This document shows positions 29,296 to 39,194 of a stretch of 64,000 bases of DNA, in pieces. Below the pieces are notes generated by a model. The model searched no databases. It was not told the origin of the DNA and saw only the letters and a list, made by a program, of their open reading frames with translations. The position numbers were made by a program, and so were the translations under genes. The stretch is from Longimicrobiales bacterium. GTDB taxonomy: Bacteria; Gemmatimonadota; Gemmatimonadetes; Longimicrobiales; Gaopeijiaceae. The stretch is taken from contig CBDFIQ010000002.1 in NCBI GenBank assembly GCA_965248195.1, positions 1,664,001-1,728,000 of the forward strand, in the 5' to 3' direction. The stretch's first letter is position 1. Every line of letters starts with the position of its first letter.

Positions 29296-31692
29296 ATGGC
29301 GGAGAAGCTGGTCGGACAGGACATCATCCCCCAGGACCTCGTGGCCAAGATAACGGGGCGGGCACGATACGCCGAGGACTTCCGTGCGGAAGGAATGGTC
29401 TTCGCCAAGCTCCTTTCCAGCCCCATGCCCCATGCCCGGGTTCTTCGAATCGATGCCAGCGAGGCACTGGCGATGGACGGGGTCCTGGGCATCCTGACCG
29501 CCGACGAGGTGCCTTCCCCAGGGGCCCCCGCAGAGGCGGCCCTCACCATGGAGCCGCGTTACGAGGGCGAAGCGGTTCTGGCGCTCGCCGCCGTGGACGA
29601 GACCACCGCGGCAGACGCCATCGAGAAGATCCGGATCGACTTCGAGCCATTGCCGTTCGTCCTGAACCCTCTGGACAGCCTCCGGCCCGACGGGCCCAAC
29701 GGCCGCACGGAGGGTAATACTGCCATCGACGGCGAGATGACGACGCTCAAGTGGACGGAGGCCGATTTTGCCGAAGCAGGAGAGAATCGGCTTCCCCAAG
29801 GCCAGCCGGCAGCGGAATGGAGCTTCGGAGACGTCGAGGCCGGCTTTGCCGAGGCGGACCTCATCCTGGACGAGACGATCATCCACCAGTCCCTCTCACA
29901 CCACCCCTTGGAGCCCCGGAGCTGCATGGCCTACTGGCAGAACGGGAGACTCTACATGTACGGGTCCACCCAGAGCGTGGCCCAAACCCGGGCATCCCTT
30001 GCCGAAGGTCTCGGGATGGACATGGAGGATCTGGTCGTCATCGGGGAGTACTGCGGCGGTGGATTCGGCAGCAAGATCAGGGGTAACGTGATCATGCAGG
30101 TCCCGGCGCTGTTGTCACGGAAGCTCAACCGGCCGGTCATGCTTCGGATCACGCGCGCCGAAGAAACCTACCTAGGACGTGCACGCCCCGGTTTCCAGGC
30201 CCGGGCCCGGTTCGGGTTCCGCTCCGACGGTCGTATGACAGCGCTCGATCTATACGTGATTCAGGAGAACGGACCCTACGGTCTGCGTGGGGAATACATG
30301 TCCTGCGGCCAGATCGCCTCTCTCGCCTATCAGCCCGGCGCCATGCGTCAGCGCGGGGTGGCCGTGTTCACGAACACACCTCCGAAGTCCGCCCAACGGG
30401 GCCCGGGAGGCGCTCAGATCACCGGAATGCTCGAGCCGATCATGGACAAGGCGGCCCGGGAGCTCGGCATCGATCGGCTTGCCATCCGCAGGATCAACGC
30501 GCCCGACAGTGACGCTGTGTACGGACCCGACCGTACGACCATCTCCAGTGCCTTCGTTCGGGAAGCTCTCGACGAGGGGGCCGAGTTGTTCGAATGGGAA
30601 GAGCGCCTCCAGCGGAGCGGACAGCGCAACGGCACCAAGGTCACCGGTTTGGGGATCGGACTGAGTGCCTACTCGGCGGGAAGCCGCGAGTACGATGGGC
30701 TCCTGGTGATCCGCCCGGACGGGAAGCTCTACATCCACCAGGGCATCGGCAACCTGGGCACGCACTCGGTTATGGACACGGGGAAGGTTGCGGCCGAGAT
30801 CCTCGGGATGGCTTGGGCCGACTGCGAAGTCGTCTGGGGTGACACGAGCCGGAACGTGCCTTGGAGCTCCGCTCAAGGCGGGAGCCAGACCACGCTCGCC
30901 CACACCAGGGCGAACCACGCCGTTGGAATGGACGCTAAACAAAAACTTCAGGAGATCGCCGCCCGTGACCTGGGAGGGGCTCCAGAGGATTACGACCTGT
31001 CCGACGGGCGCGTTTTTCGGCGCTCCAACCCGGCAAGGGGCATGAGCTTCGCCCAGGCCGCCACCCGTGCCATCGAGCTGGGAGGTCGGTATAGCGGGGA
31101 AGAGCTGGCCCCGGAGCTCAACGACATGACCAAGGCGTCCGCAGCGGCGTTGGCCGGCCAGGGCCTGGTCGCCGCGGCGAGAGACAACTACCCGTTTAGC
31201 GGAAGTGTCCGCTCGTTCGTGGTCGGCTTCGCCGAGGTCGAGTTGGATGTCGAGACGGGCGCTGTGGAGATCAAGCAGTACACCGCGATGGTCGACTGCG
31301 GGACCATGCTGCATCCCAGGAGCCTGGGTGCCCAGATTCTAGGCGGTTCGATCCAGGGCATGGGCATCGCCCGAAGTCAGAAGTGGGTGTACGACCCGGT
31401 CTGGGGCGTCGCGTTCGCCAAGAGACTTTATACGGCCCGCCCACCAGGAATCCTGGACGTTCCACTGGACCTTCAGTGGGGGGCGGTCGAGATCCCCGAT
31501 CCCCAGACTCCCGTGGGAGCCAAGGGGATCGGAGAGCCGCCTGTGGGTGCGGGCTCGGCGGCCATCGCCTCGGCCATCTCCGATGCCCTTGGCGGAAAAT
31601 GCCTGTGCCGGACGCCCCTCACGTCGGATGTGATCCTGGCGGAGTTGGAGGGTAGGGCGCAGCCGTATACACCGCTCGAAACGCACGTCTAA
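29296..31692 (+). CDS. Xanthine dehydrogenase family molybdopterin-binding subunit
   Basis: KITGRARY, GGGFGSK, QRGPG, QILGGSIQG, GAKGIGEPP; GGAGG RBS. Confidence 0.92.
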   Translation: MAEKLVGQDIIPQDLVAKITGRARYAEDFRAEGMVFAKLLSSPMPHARVLRIDASEALAMDGVLGILTADEVPSPGAPAEAALTMEPRYEGEAVLALAAVDETTAADAIEKIRIDFEPLPFVLNPLDSLRPDGPNGRTEGNTAIDGEMTTLKWTEADFAEAGENRLPQGQPAAEWSFGDVEAGFAEADLILDETIIHQSLSHHPLEPRSCMAYWQNGRLYMYGSTQSVAQTRASLAEGLGMDMEDLVVIGEYCGGGFGSKIRGNVIMQVPALLSRKLNRPVMLRITRAEETYLGRARPGFQARARFGFRSDGRMTALDLYVIQENGPYGLRGEYMSCGQIASLAYQPGAMRQRGVAVFTNTPPKSAQRGPGGAQITGMLEPIMDKAARELGIDRLAIRRINAPDSDAVYGPDRTTISSAFVREALDEGAELFEWEERLQRSGQRNGTKVTGLGIGLSAYSAGSREYDGLLVIRPDGKLYIHQGIGNLGTHSVMDTGKVAAEILGMAWADCEVVWGDTSRNVPWSSAQGGSQTTLAHTRANHAVGMDAKQKLQEIAARDLGGAPEDYDLSDGRVFRRSNPARGMSFAQAATRAIELGGRYSGEELAPELNDMTKASAAALAGQGLVAAARDNYPFSGSVRSFVVGFAEVELDVETGAVEIKQYTAMVDCGTMLHPRSLGAQILGGSIQGMGIARSQKWVYDPVWGVAFAKRLYTARPPGILDVPLDLQWGAVEIPDPQTPVGAKGIGEPPVGAGSAAIASAISDALGGKCLCRTPLTSDVILAELEGRAQPYTPLETHV

Positions 31693-31727
31693 GCTGTACG
31701 GGCAAGACGGTCCCGTGGTCTCTTGTG

Positions 31728-32108
31728 TCAGCCCTCTGCCCGTTTGGCCGTCCAGTCTCCCCGGGCCATGCCTCCGAAATCCGCCGACCCGGACATGCCG
31801 TCGTCGACCACGGTCCCGGAGAAGACGATATACACTGGGGTGCCCTGGAAGTCCAAGTCCCACGCGAAGCGGACGTTTCCGTCGTCGAGGGTGCCCTCCA
31901 ATTCGAGCCGGCCGAATTCACCGCCTTCGCCCGTGACGGTCAAGTCTTGCCCGTCTTGCTTGATCGTAATGTCAAACGAGAAGGCGGCACCCTGATCACT
32001 GATCACCTCTAGGGTCCACGCCCCACTCAGATCGGATTGAGCCGCACCATCTGCAGGTGCCGACGCGAGAATCGCAACCGCTGCCATGATTACACCGAGA
32101 GCCCTCAT
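31728..32108 (-). CDS. Small secreted beta-barrel-like hypothetical protein
   Basis: Signal peptide, DLSGAW...WTAKR pattern; GGAGG RBS. Confidence 0.7.
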   Translation of the reverse strand: MRALGVIMAAVAILASAPADGAAQSDLSGAWTLEVISDQGAAFSFDITIKQDGQDLTVTGEGGEFGRLELEGTLDDGNVRFAWDLDFQGTPVYIVFSGTVVDDGMSGSADFGGMARGDWTAKRAEG

Positions 32109-32647
32109 GACCCCTCCCACCTTCGTTGATTCCATAAAATATCCTGCCTCGAGACGGTATCACCAAGAGGAGCCAGCGTAAACCGTGGACGTGTGAGACG
32201 GACGCTGAGCGAGTGGCCATCACCGCTCACGGAGGGCCCGTCGAATTCGCCGGTTCCCTGGGTATTCTTTTCCCCCCTTGGGCACATTTTAGCACCCGTT
32301 TCGTTCTCCTGTTATCTCACCTCATTTCGATGTAATCTATTCTAAGTCATTATGTAAATAATATATAGCACATATACTTAGGGCATATGACCCTTCCCTC
32401 AGGGTCGGCACGCATCTTGTGGTAAACCTCCCCCGGATAACGCACGAGTAAGGTCGCTCTTGAAACTGGCATGAAAAAATGTCCGGAAAGATGCACCATC
32501 CAGCCGTTAGATCCCTCCCCATTTCGTTAAGATGGCATCCGAGGGCCTATGGGCTCCCACAGCCACACGCCTACAGGAAATTCGCTTCCCCACCGATACT
32601 GTTGTCCTATCAGGCGATGATCACCCGTGACGCGCCCAGGGATCAGA

Positions 32648-33577
32648 ATGCCAAATAGACGGTGGACCTTCTTGTGCATGGGAGACCACGAAAACCGGAC
32701 TCGCCAATACAGCATCTCGAGTGGCGCCATGCATTATCTGGCCTCTCTCGGCGCGGGCTTCCTGCTCACGGTGACTGCCTTGTCGATGATGGTCGCCTTG
32801 AATGGCGCTGCGCGGTATGACGTCCTGAAGCTCCAGCGCGAAAAGTCGCTTCTCTCCGACGAAATCGAAGAGATTCAGGGGCGGGTGGCTCAGATGGAGG
32901 GATCCATTGACGTCCTGATCGACAAAGACGAGAATTTCCGCCTTCTGGCCGGCCTCGACGTCATCGATGAGGAGATCTACGGAGTGGGCGTCGGCGGACC
33001 AGGCATGCTCACGCCCGAATCCAGCCCCTTGTGGATGGAGGACCCCGTCGCCGCAGCGGTGACCTTCGCCACATCGTACGATATCCTGGCCCTCGAACGG
33101 AGAGCCCAGCTCCTCTCGGAGAGCTTCTCAGAAGCCATCGACAGCCTCCAGTCTCACCACGATCAGCTTCGGGCCAGGCCGTCCATCAGCCCGACCGATG
33201 GACCCATTACCAGCAGATTCAGCTACGCCCGGATGCACCCCATCTACGACAGGGCGCTCCCCCACGAAGGGATCGACCTGCATGCGCCCGAAGGGACGCC
33301 GATCCTCGCGACGGCCAAGGGCGTGGTATCATACCGCGGTTGGAGGACCGGCTACGGCAACACGATCGAAATCGACCACGGGTTTGGGTACATGACCCGA
33401 TACGCCCACGCCTCGAAGTTCATGGCAGAGCGGGGTCAATCGGTCGAGCGCGGTGCGGCGATTGCGCAGGTCGGCGCGACCGGAACCGCCACGGCCCCAC
33501 ACGTTCACTACGAAGTTTGGGTCGGCGGAAGAGCCATGGACCCACAGAATCATATCCTCAACGGGATGATTCCCTAA
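32648..33577 (+). CDS. M23 family metallopeptidase
   Basis: HEGID, GYGN, YAH, PHVHYEV; N-terminal TM and coiled coil. Confidence 0.92.
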   Translation: MPNRRWTFLCMGDHENRTRQYSISSGAMHYLASLGAGFLLTVTALSMMVALNGAARYDVLKLQREKSLLSDEIEEIQGRVAQMEGSIDVLIDKDENFRLLAGLDVIDEEIYGVGVGGPGMLTPESSPLWMEDPVAAAVTFATSYDILALERRAQLLSESFSEAIDSLQSHHDQLRARPSISPTDGPITSRFSYARMHPIYDRALPHEGIDLHAPEGTPILATAKGVVSYRGWRTGYGNTIEIDHGFGYMTRYAHASKFMAERGQSVERGAAIAQVGATGTATAPHVHYEVWVGGRAMDPQNHILNGMIP

Positions 33578-33854
33578 GACGGGACTCACCCTGGGTCGCC
33601 CCCATCGGCCCACCAGGCCCGCCCTTTGGCTGACCCCACCAGACACGCGCAACCGTCCCACTTTCCGGAGACAAGCAATGTTTTTTCTGCTCCTTTTGGT
33701 TCGTCTGCTGCACCGGAAAGTGCGATCCACCGCTGGCACCCTTCTTGCTCTTATTGTGCGACCAAGGCACGACCGATGGGGCACACACAGTGTTCATCGG
33801 ACCCGACCCGACCGACTGGGTAACCACGGGTTGGTCCCTCATCCAGGAGAAAGC

Positions 33855-34256
33855 ATGAAATCGCTTACGACGATTGTGATCGGATTCGCGCTGGCAGCGC
33901 TGCTCGCCCCCCAGGGCGTTTCAGCACAGAGTAGCCTCAGCGTAGCGGAGTCCTCCGTGGCGACGATGGTCGTCGACCGGATGCCGAGCGGTGTGGCCAC
34001 GACGTTCGGGGCCGACGTGGAGAGGGTTTATGCCTGGACCCGCATCGAGGGAGCAGACGGAGAGACCACGATCCACCATGTGTGGATCCACGGCGATGTC
34101 GAAAGAGCCGACCTCGAGCTCCGCATCGGGGGATCTCCATGGAGGACTTGGAGCAACAAGGCCATCCCACCGGAATGGGCCGGCGACTGGCGCGTGGAAG
34201 TACGCGACGCCGCCGGTAACGTTCTCGAGACGATCCGGTTTGCGGTCGGGGGGTAG
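33855..34256 (+). CDS. DUF2914-like secreted protein
   Basis: I.HVW, SPWRTWSNK, GDWRVEV pattern; signal peptide; AGGAG RBS. Confidence 0.75.
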   Translation: MKSLTTIVIGFALAALLAPQGVSAQSSLSVAESSVATMVVDRMPSGVATTFGADVERVYAWTRIEGADGETTIHHVWIHGDVERADLELRIGGSPWRTWSNKAIPPEWAGDWRVEVRDAAGNVLETIRFAVGG

Positions 34257-34345
34257 GACCACCTTTGCGGTCCCCTCTCTGCCAACGTACGTGAGACACG
34301 GAGCACGCAAAGAATTAGAGTAGGGCGAAGGCAGAGAAAACGAAC

Positions 34346-34795
34346 ATGTTGGGACTGCGAGAGAGAATGGAAGAGAATGGTAGTGCCCCTGGAATCGGGG
34401 AGGCCAAGCGAAGCGCGGCAGCTCCTGCGGACCCGGAGGTAGTAGATAGGCCGCTACGCCGGCGGTTCAGTCCATCGTACAAGCTGCGGATCGTCGAAGA
34501 AGCGGACCGGTGCACCGAGCCCGGCGAGGTGGGTCAGCTCCTGCGGCGCGAGGGCCTGTACTCGTCGCACCTGACGACGTGGCGCAAGGCGGCGCATAGC
34601 GGGTCGCTGAAGGCCCTGTCGAAGAAACGCGGCCGCAAGCCGGAGCGGAATCCGCTGGATGAGAAGGTACGCAAGCTGGAGCGGCAAAACGCACGGCTCG
34701 AGAATGAGCTCAGGAAGGCACACCTGATCATCGACGTGCAGGGAAAAGTTGCGGGGCTGCTGGGGATAAGCCTCGACGACGGGACGAACTCTTGA
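34346..34795 (+). CDS. IS3-family transposase OrfA
   Basis: RRRFS..YKLRI, LLRREGLYSSHLTTWR HTH, leucine zipper. Confidence 0.88.
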   Translation: MLGLRERMEENGSAPGIGEAKRSAAAPADPEVVDRPLRRRFSPSYKLRIVEEADRCTEPGEVGQLLRREGLYSSHLTTWRKAAHSGSLKALSKKRGRKPERNPLDEKVRKLERQNARLENELRKAHLIIDVQGKVAGLLGISLDDGTNS

Positions 34796-35799
34796 AGGCG
34801 GCCGATGAGCTGGCTAAGCACGTCGGTGTAAAACCGGCGTGCGCGGCTCTCGAGGTCTCCCGATCGACGTTCTACCGTCGTCGAGGCCCATCGACCGGGC
34901 AACGGCAGCCCCGCCCGACGCCCGCCCGGGCATTGAGCGAGACGGAACGAGGCGAGGTCTTCGACACGCTGTGTTCGGAGCGGTTCGTGGACCGCTCACC
35001 CGCCGAGGTGGTGGCCACGCTGCTCGACGAAGAGGTCTACCTGTGCAGCGAACGCACGATGTATCGTGTTCTGGCCTCCGAGGTGCCGGTTCAGGAACGC
35101 CGGGCGCAGCGCACCCATCCCGAGTACAAGAAGCCCGAGTTGATGGCCACGGCGCCGAACCAGGTGTGGTCCTGGGATATCACGCGGCTACTCGGGCCGA
35201 AGAAGTGGAGCTATTACTACCTCTACGTCATCATGGACATCTACAGCCGCTACGTCGTGGGCTGGATGGTGGCGGACCGGGAGAACTCGGCCCTGGCCGG
35301 CCGGTTGATCCAGCAGAGCTGCCTGAAGCATGGCGTCCAGCCCCGGGTCCTGACCCTGCACTCGGATCGGGGAGCTCCAATGACGAGCCAATGCACCGCT
35401 CAACTTCTCGCTGACCTCGGCGTGACTCGCTCGTTGAGCCGGCCTCAGGTGTCGGATGACAACCCGTTTTCCGAGGCTCAGTTCAAAACCTTGAAGTACC
35501 ATCCCTCGTTTCCCGGGCGGTTCGGGGATCAGGGCCAGGCCAAGACGTTGTGTCGATCGTTCTTCCGCTGGTACAATGCCGAGCACCGCCATGGCGGTAT
35601 CTCGATGCTAACCCCCGAGCAGGTCCACTTCGGGAACGCCGATCAGGTCATTGCCGGCAGGAAATCCGTGCTCCGCGAAGCATGGGCCGCTCATCCCGAA
35701 CGCTTCGTCACAGGTGTGCCGAAGCCCAAACCGCTCCCGGAGGCCGTCTACATCAATCCTCCCATCCCTTCCCTCACCACACAGGATATTGCTCTCTAA
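34792..35799 (+). CDS. IS3-family transposase OrfB (DDE/rve)
   Basis: PNQVWSWDIT, LHSDRG, DNPFSEAQFKTLK; TTGA overlap with the orfA stop. Confidence 0.92.
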   Translation: MKAADELAKHVGVKPACAALEVSRSTFYRRRGPSTGQRQPRPTPARALSETERGEVFDTLCSERFVDRSPAEVVATLLDEEVYLCSERTMYRVLASEVPVQERRAQRTHPEYKKPELMATAPNQVWSWDITRLLGPKKWSYYYLYVIMDIYSRYVVGWMVADRENSALAGRLIQQSCLKHGVQPRVLTLHSDRGAPMTSQCTAQLLADLGVTRSLSRPQVSDDNPFSEAQFKTLKYHPSFPGRFGDQGQAKTLCRSFFRWYNAEHRHGGISMLTPEQVHFGNADQVIAGRKSVLREAWAAHPERFVTGVPKPKPLPEAVYINPPIPSLTTQDIAL

Positions 35800-35875
35800 T
35801 TAATCCCGTAGAGTGTCCCATTGTCGTTGACAGGTTCCGGTCAGGGGTAGGACCACAGAGGGGCGGAACCCGGCT

Positions 35876-36880
35876 TCAATCTCGACGGCCTTCCTCTTCC
35901 CTCTCCCCCCTGATCCTCCCGATGGCCTGAACGTGCTCCGTGTACGTGGCCGAGAATCGATGACGCCCGTCCGGCTGCGCCACGAAGTAGAGAAAATCGG
36001 TGGAGTCCGGATAGAGCGCTGCCGCGATACTCGCGCTCGACGGGTTACCAATCGGTGACGGGGGCAGCCCACCGATGCGATACGTATTAAACGGGGATTC
36101 CGTCGAATAATCGCGGTTGAGCAGACGGCGGCGGCGGCCCAAGGCGAAGACGACCGTAGGATCCGCCTGTAACCGCATTCGGCGGTTCAGGCGGTTGTGG
36201 TATACGGACGATATCCCCGCTAAATCCTCCGGGGCCGGCCCCTCTCCCTCGATGATCGACGCGAGCGTCACGACCTCGTCCCGGGTCAGACCCAGGAATT
36301 CCGATCGTTCGTCCCACTCCGGATTCCAGTGCGCCTCGAACGTATCGGCGACCTGGCCGAGGATCTCATCCGCGCTCGCACCCTCCCGAAAGTGGTAAAC
36401 CGAGGGATAAAAGTACCCCTCCGCATTCCCGCCCCGTGCGCCCAATCGGGACAGAAGGGCCCGAGAGCCCGCCGCCGCCATGAAGGCCTCCCGGTCGATT
36501 CCCAGATCCCGCTCGATGCGGGCGGCCGCCTCAGTGAGCCAAATGCCCTTGGGAAGCACCACCCGTTTGACAGGTTCGACGCCCCTCCGCAAGCGGACCA
36601 GGACCTCTCCGATCGGGCTGTCAGGCTGCAAGTCGTAAAGCCCGGGTTTGATATCCAGATGAGCCTGGCCCATTCGGGCTAACCTCTGAAATGCCCGTGG
36701 GGACTTGATGATGCGATGTGCCACGAGAGAGTCCGTGATCGCCTCGAGGGGCGCGTCGGGCGGGATGGTCACCCAAATCGTGTCCTTCGCGGCGGGTGGC
36801 TGGCACGCCCATGCCACGAGTAGACAGACGCACAGGACGGCTCGCTGGGGAGAGCGGCGAGATTGTGCTCGAGCGATCAA
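35876..36880 (-). CDS. mltG: Endolytic transglycosylase MltG
   Basis: EGYFYPS.Y, LASIIE.E, YHNRL...MRLQADPT, SPFNTY...GLPPSPI.NP, YFVA. Confidence 0.93.
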   Translation of the reverse strand: MIARAQSRRSPQRAVLCVCLLVAWACQPPAAKDTIWVTIPPDAPLEAITDSLVAHRIIKSPRAFQRLARMGQAHLDIKPGLYDLQPDSPIGEVLVRLRRGVEPVKRVVLPKGIWLTEAAARIERDLGIDREAFMAAAGSRALLSRLGARGGNAEGYFYPSVYHFREGASADEILGQVADTFEAHWNPEWDERSEFLGLTRDEVVTLASIIEGEGPAPEDLAGISSVYHNRLNRRMRLQADPTVVFALGRRRRLLNRDYSTESPFNTYRIGGLPPSPIGNPSSASIAAALYPDSTDFLYFVAQPDGRHRFSATYTEHVQAIGRIRGEREEEGRRD

Positions 36881-37012
36881 CAGAAACGCTTTACGACTTT
36901 CATTGAGTATCTCCAGCGGGTGTGCCTAGCTTTGTATAGGACCTTTCTCAGAATCGGACCTTTTGGAGGCGGGCGAATCTGGTCCTCCCGCAACCCAAAC
37001 AAGGGAAACATC

Positions 37013-38305
37013 ATGTTCGATGCACTGATTTCCTATTTACCATCAGAGTGGCACCGTTCGGTAGAGTTTTTTGGAGCGCCGCTGTGGTGGATCCCGGAAT
37101 GGCAGCTCACCGCCCTCAATTTCGCTTGGTACGCGGACACGGGTCTCGGCGTCCTCCTGAGGAGGTTCTTCCTTCTCATGCCGATTCTGCTGGTGGTCGT
37201 AGCGGTGTGGGTGACCATGCTTTCGGTCTACACGCTCCCGTTCCGGTCACAAAGAGGTAGGTTCCTCACGATCATTGCTCTGGGCTGGTGGGATGTGGGG
37301 CGCGGCATCTGGTTCTTTTGGACCGGTGTCATGCGCTTCGCGGGGCTCCTGGTCGGATGGGCGTGGAGCACGCTCGCTTTGTTCGTCCGGATGCTGTGGG
37401 TGGGCTTGAAGAGCTTCGTCACCTCGCCCCTCGTCATGTTCGACTCGATATCGAGCCGGTACTTGAAACCGGGTGTGCCCTGGATCGCAGTGATGCTGAC
37501 GCTCGTTTGGTCGGCGCTCGAGGCCACGATCTTCAGCTTCACCTTGATGCCCACTCTTACCGAGGTGCTGGCGGACATCACCGGCTTCGTCCCGAACCGG
37601 CTGTTCATGATGCCCATTGTTTGGTTCTTCCTCTTCTTCCTCATCGCGGGAAGCTTCGCGAGCATCCAGGTGCTGACCGAAGCGCTTCGGGCGCGTAGGA
37701 TCGGAGAGGTGATCCAGATGGTCCTGGTCGAGTTCTTCGTGGCCTTCTTCGAGGTCGTGTTCTTGTATCGGGAGCTCATCGACGCGATTACGCCGTGGAT
37801 CAACCAGCAGAGCGGCGGTCAGATCCAGATGGGCCTGGTCTCTACACTGGCGCTCGGGGTCTTCGGATGGATCGGGATTCGAGGCATGACGTGGTTCCTC
37901 TTTGGGCGCTTCGGCACCCCCTCGATACTCGCGATCGTCTCCCGTCAGGTTCCGGCCGGGCAGGGAGCTCCGCTCGCAGTAGCCTCCTCGACCTCCGCCA
38001 AGATGTGGAGGGCACCGCTGGAGGCCATGAAGGCCGAAACAGCGTGGTTCAAGAAGGAGGGGCGCCGTGGTGTGGAGCTCGCGTCGCTGCCGGTTCTCCA
38101 GCTCTTGGCCATGGCGGTGAACTTCCCGGTAGTGGTGATCAGTGCCCAGCCTGTATTCACGTTCCCGCTCAAGAGTCTCAGTGAGGTGCTCGCCGACACG
38201 CCGATCCCCGGAGGCCCAGGGAGCGAGAACGGCGGACGGCGGTCCGGCCGTTCGTCGAAAAAGCGGCCCACCAGCGACCGAGTCATGGAAGAGGTGACGA
38301 CATGA
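37013..38305 (+). CDS. Uncharacterised polytopic membrane protein
   Basis: Long ORF with many Trp/Phe-rich hydrophobic helices; stop overlaps the next start (ATGA). Confidence 0.8.
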   Translation: MFDALISYLPSEWHRSVEFFGAPLWWIPEWQLTALNFAWYADTGLGVLLRRFFLLMPILLVVVAVWVTMLSVYTLPFRSQRGRFLTIIALGWWDVGRGIWFFWTGVMRFAGLLVGWAWSTLALFVRMLWVGLKSFVTSPLVMFDSISSRYLKPGVPWIAVMLTLVWSALEATIFSFTLMPTLTEVLADITGFVPNRLFMMPIVWFFLFFLIAGSFASIQVLTEALRARRIGEVIQMVLVEFFVAFFEVVFLYRELIDAITPWINQQSGGQIQMGLVSTLALGVFGWIGIRGMTWFLFGRFGTPSILAIVSRQVPAGQGAPLAVASSTSAKMWRAPLEAMKAETAWFKKEGRRGVELASLPVLQLLAMAVNFPVVVISAQPVFTFPLKSLSEVLADTPIPGGPGSENGGRRSGRSSKKRPTSDRVMEEVTT

Positions 38306-39063
38306 ATCCGGCTTTACGGTTGGCGGTGGGGGCCACGGTCGCGTTGGCAGCGGCAGCGTGCGTGCCCACCGACGAATCAGCCCAGAATCCTCGATTCACG
38401 CTGGTGGTCGGGATCGATGTGAGCGGCTCCTTCCAGAACTCGGGGAGCTACGACAACGCCTTGAAGTTTGCTGCTCTTTACCTCGAGGCCCATCTGAACG
38501 GATTCGGCGGGCTCAACGTACCGACCGCTGTCTTCGTGGGTTCCGTGGGTGGGAGCCGCCGGGGTGAAGCCAAGACGTTTCACCCCATTCACGACTTTCT
38601 CGGCAAGGACGCAGACCAGATCGAAGCCGACCTGAGAGAGTGGTTCCCCTCCGAGGATCGGCTCACGGATTTCAACACGTTTTTCGCGCAGTCTGCGGAC
38701 CTCATCAAGCAGAGGGGACTCGTGTTGGCTCCTCTGAACATGGTCCTCTTCACGGATGGGGTCCCCGACGTTTCCCGGGATGCCGCGCCCGTGGATCCAT
38801 ACTCGACCATCGATGTGAGTCCCTTGGAATACCTGTCCCGGAGCGTGACCGTGCGCATCCTTTATCCGACTCCGCCGGTAGCCGCGAGTTGGAGAAGCAG
38901 CGTGAGTCGGAGACGAGTACGGCTCTGGACTCAGGACGCGGAGGTGATGAGCGGTTGGAGTGCGCAGGTTCGTCCTGAACTTTCCATGGAGGACCAAGAC
39001 CTTCTGTGGACTTGGGTGACCGACAACGTCGACTTCCGCGTGCGGAGGGAACGGATTCTCTGA
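38302..39063 (+). CDS. vWA-domain lipoprotein
   Basis: Lipobox AAAC, MIDAS DVSGS, TDF, LFTDG. Confidence 0.82.
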   Translation: MNPALRLAVGATVALAAAACVPTDESAQNPRFTLVVGIDVSGSFQNSGSYDNALKFAALYLEAHLNGFGGLNVPTAVFVGSVGGSRRGEAKTFHPIHDFLGKDADQIEADLREWFPSEDRLTDFNTFFAQSADLIKQRGLVLAPLNMVLFTDGVPDVSRDAAPVDPYSTIDVSPLEYLSRSVTVRILYPTPPVAASWRSSVSRRRVRLWTQDAEVMSGWSAQVRPELSMEDQDLLWTWVTDNVDFRVRRERIL

Positions 39064-39073
39064 CGCGGGTCAT

Positions 39074-39113
39074 CCCGAGGACCGCTCCGAGCGCGGTCCT
39101 CGGGGTTTTTTTT
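39074..39113 (+). terminator. Intrinsic terminator
   Basis: CCCGAGGACCGC...GCGGTCCTCGGG hairpin followed by T8. Confidence 0.85.
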
Positions 39114-39194
39114 GCCAAGCGGGTGAGAACGGTGATCCCGTGTTGGCATCGAGATCTTCCTTATCACGGCCGCCGGGTAGAGGGGGGAGCGCTT

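Larger units (their letters stand above)
34272..35839 (+). mobile_element. IS3-family insertion sequence with subterminal inverted repeats
   Basis: orfA/orfB; imperfect IRs TGCCAACGTACGTGAGACAC (from 34280) and the reverse complement of TGTCAACGACAATGGGACAC (ending 35832); ends inferred from flanks. Confidence 0.85.

Noticed and set aside
32334..32361. Possible dif site (TTATGTAAAT resembles a XerD arm)
   Set aside because: One base short of the XerD consensus and no convincing XerC arm
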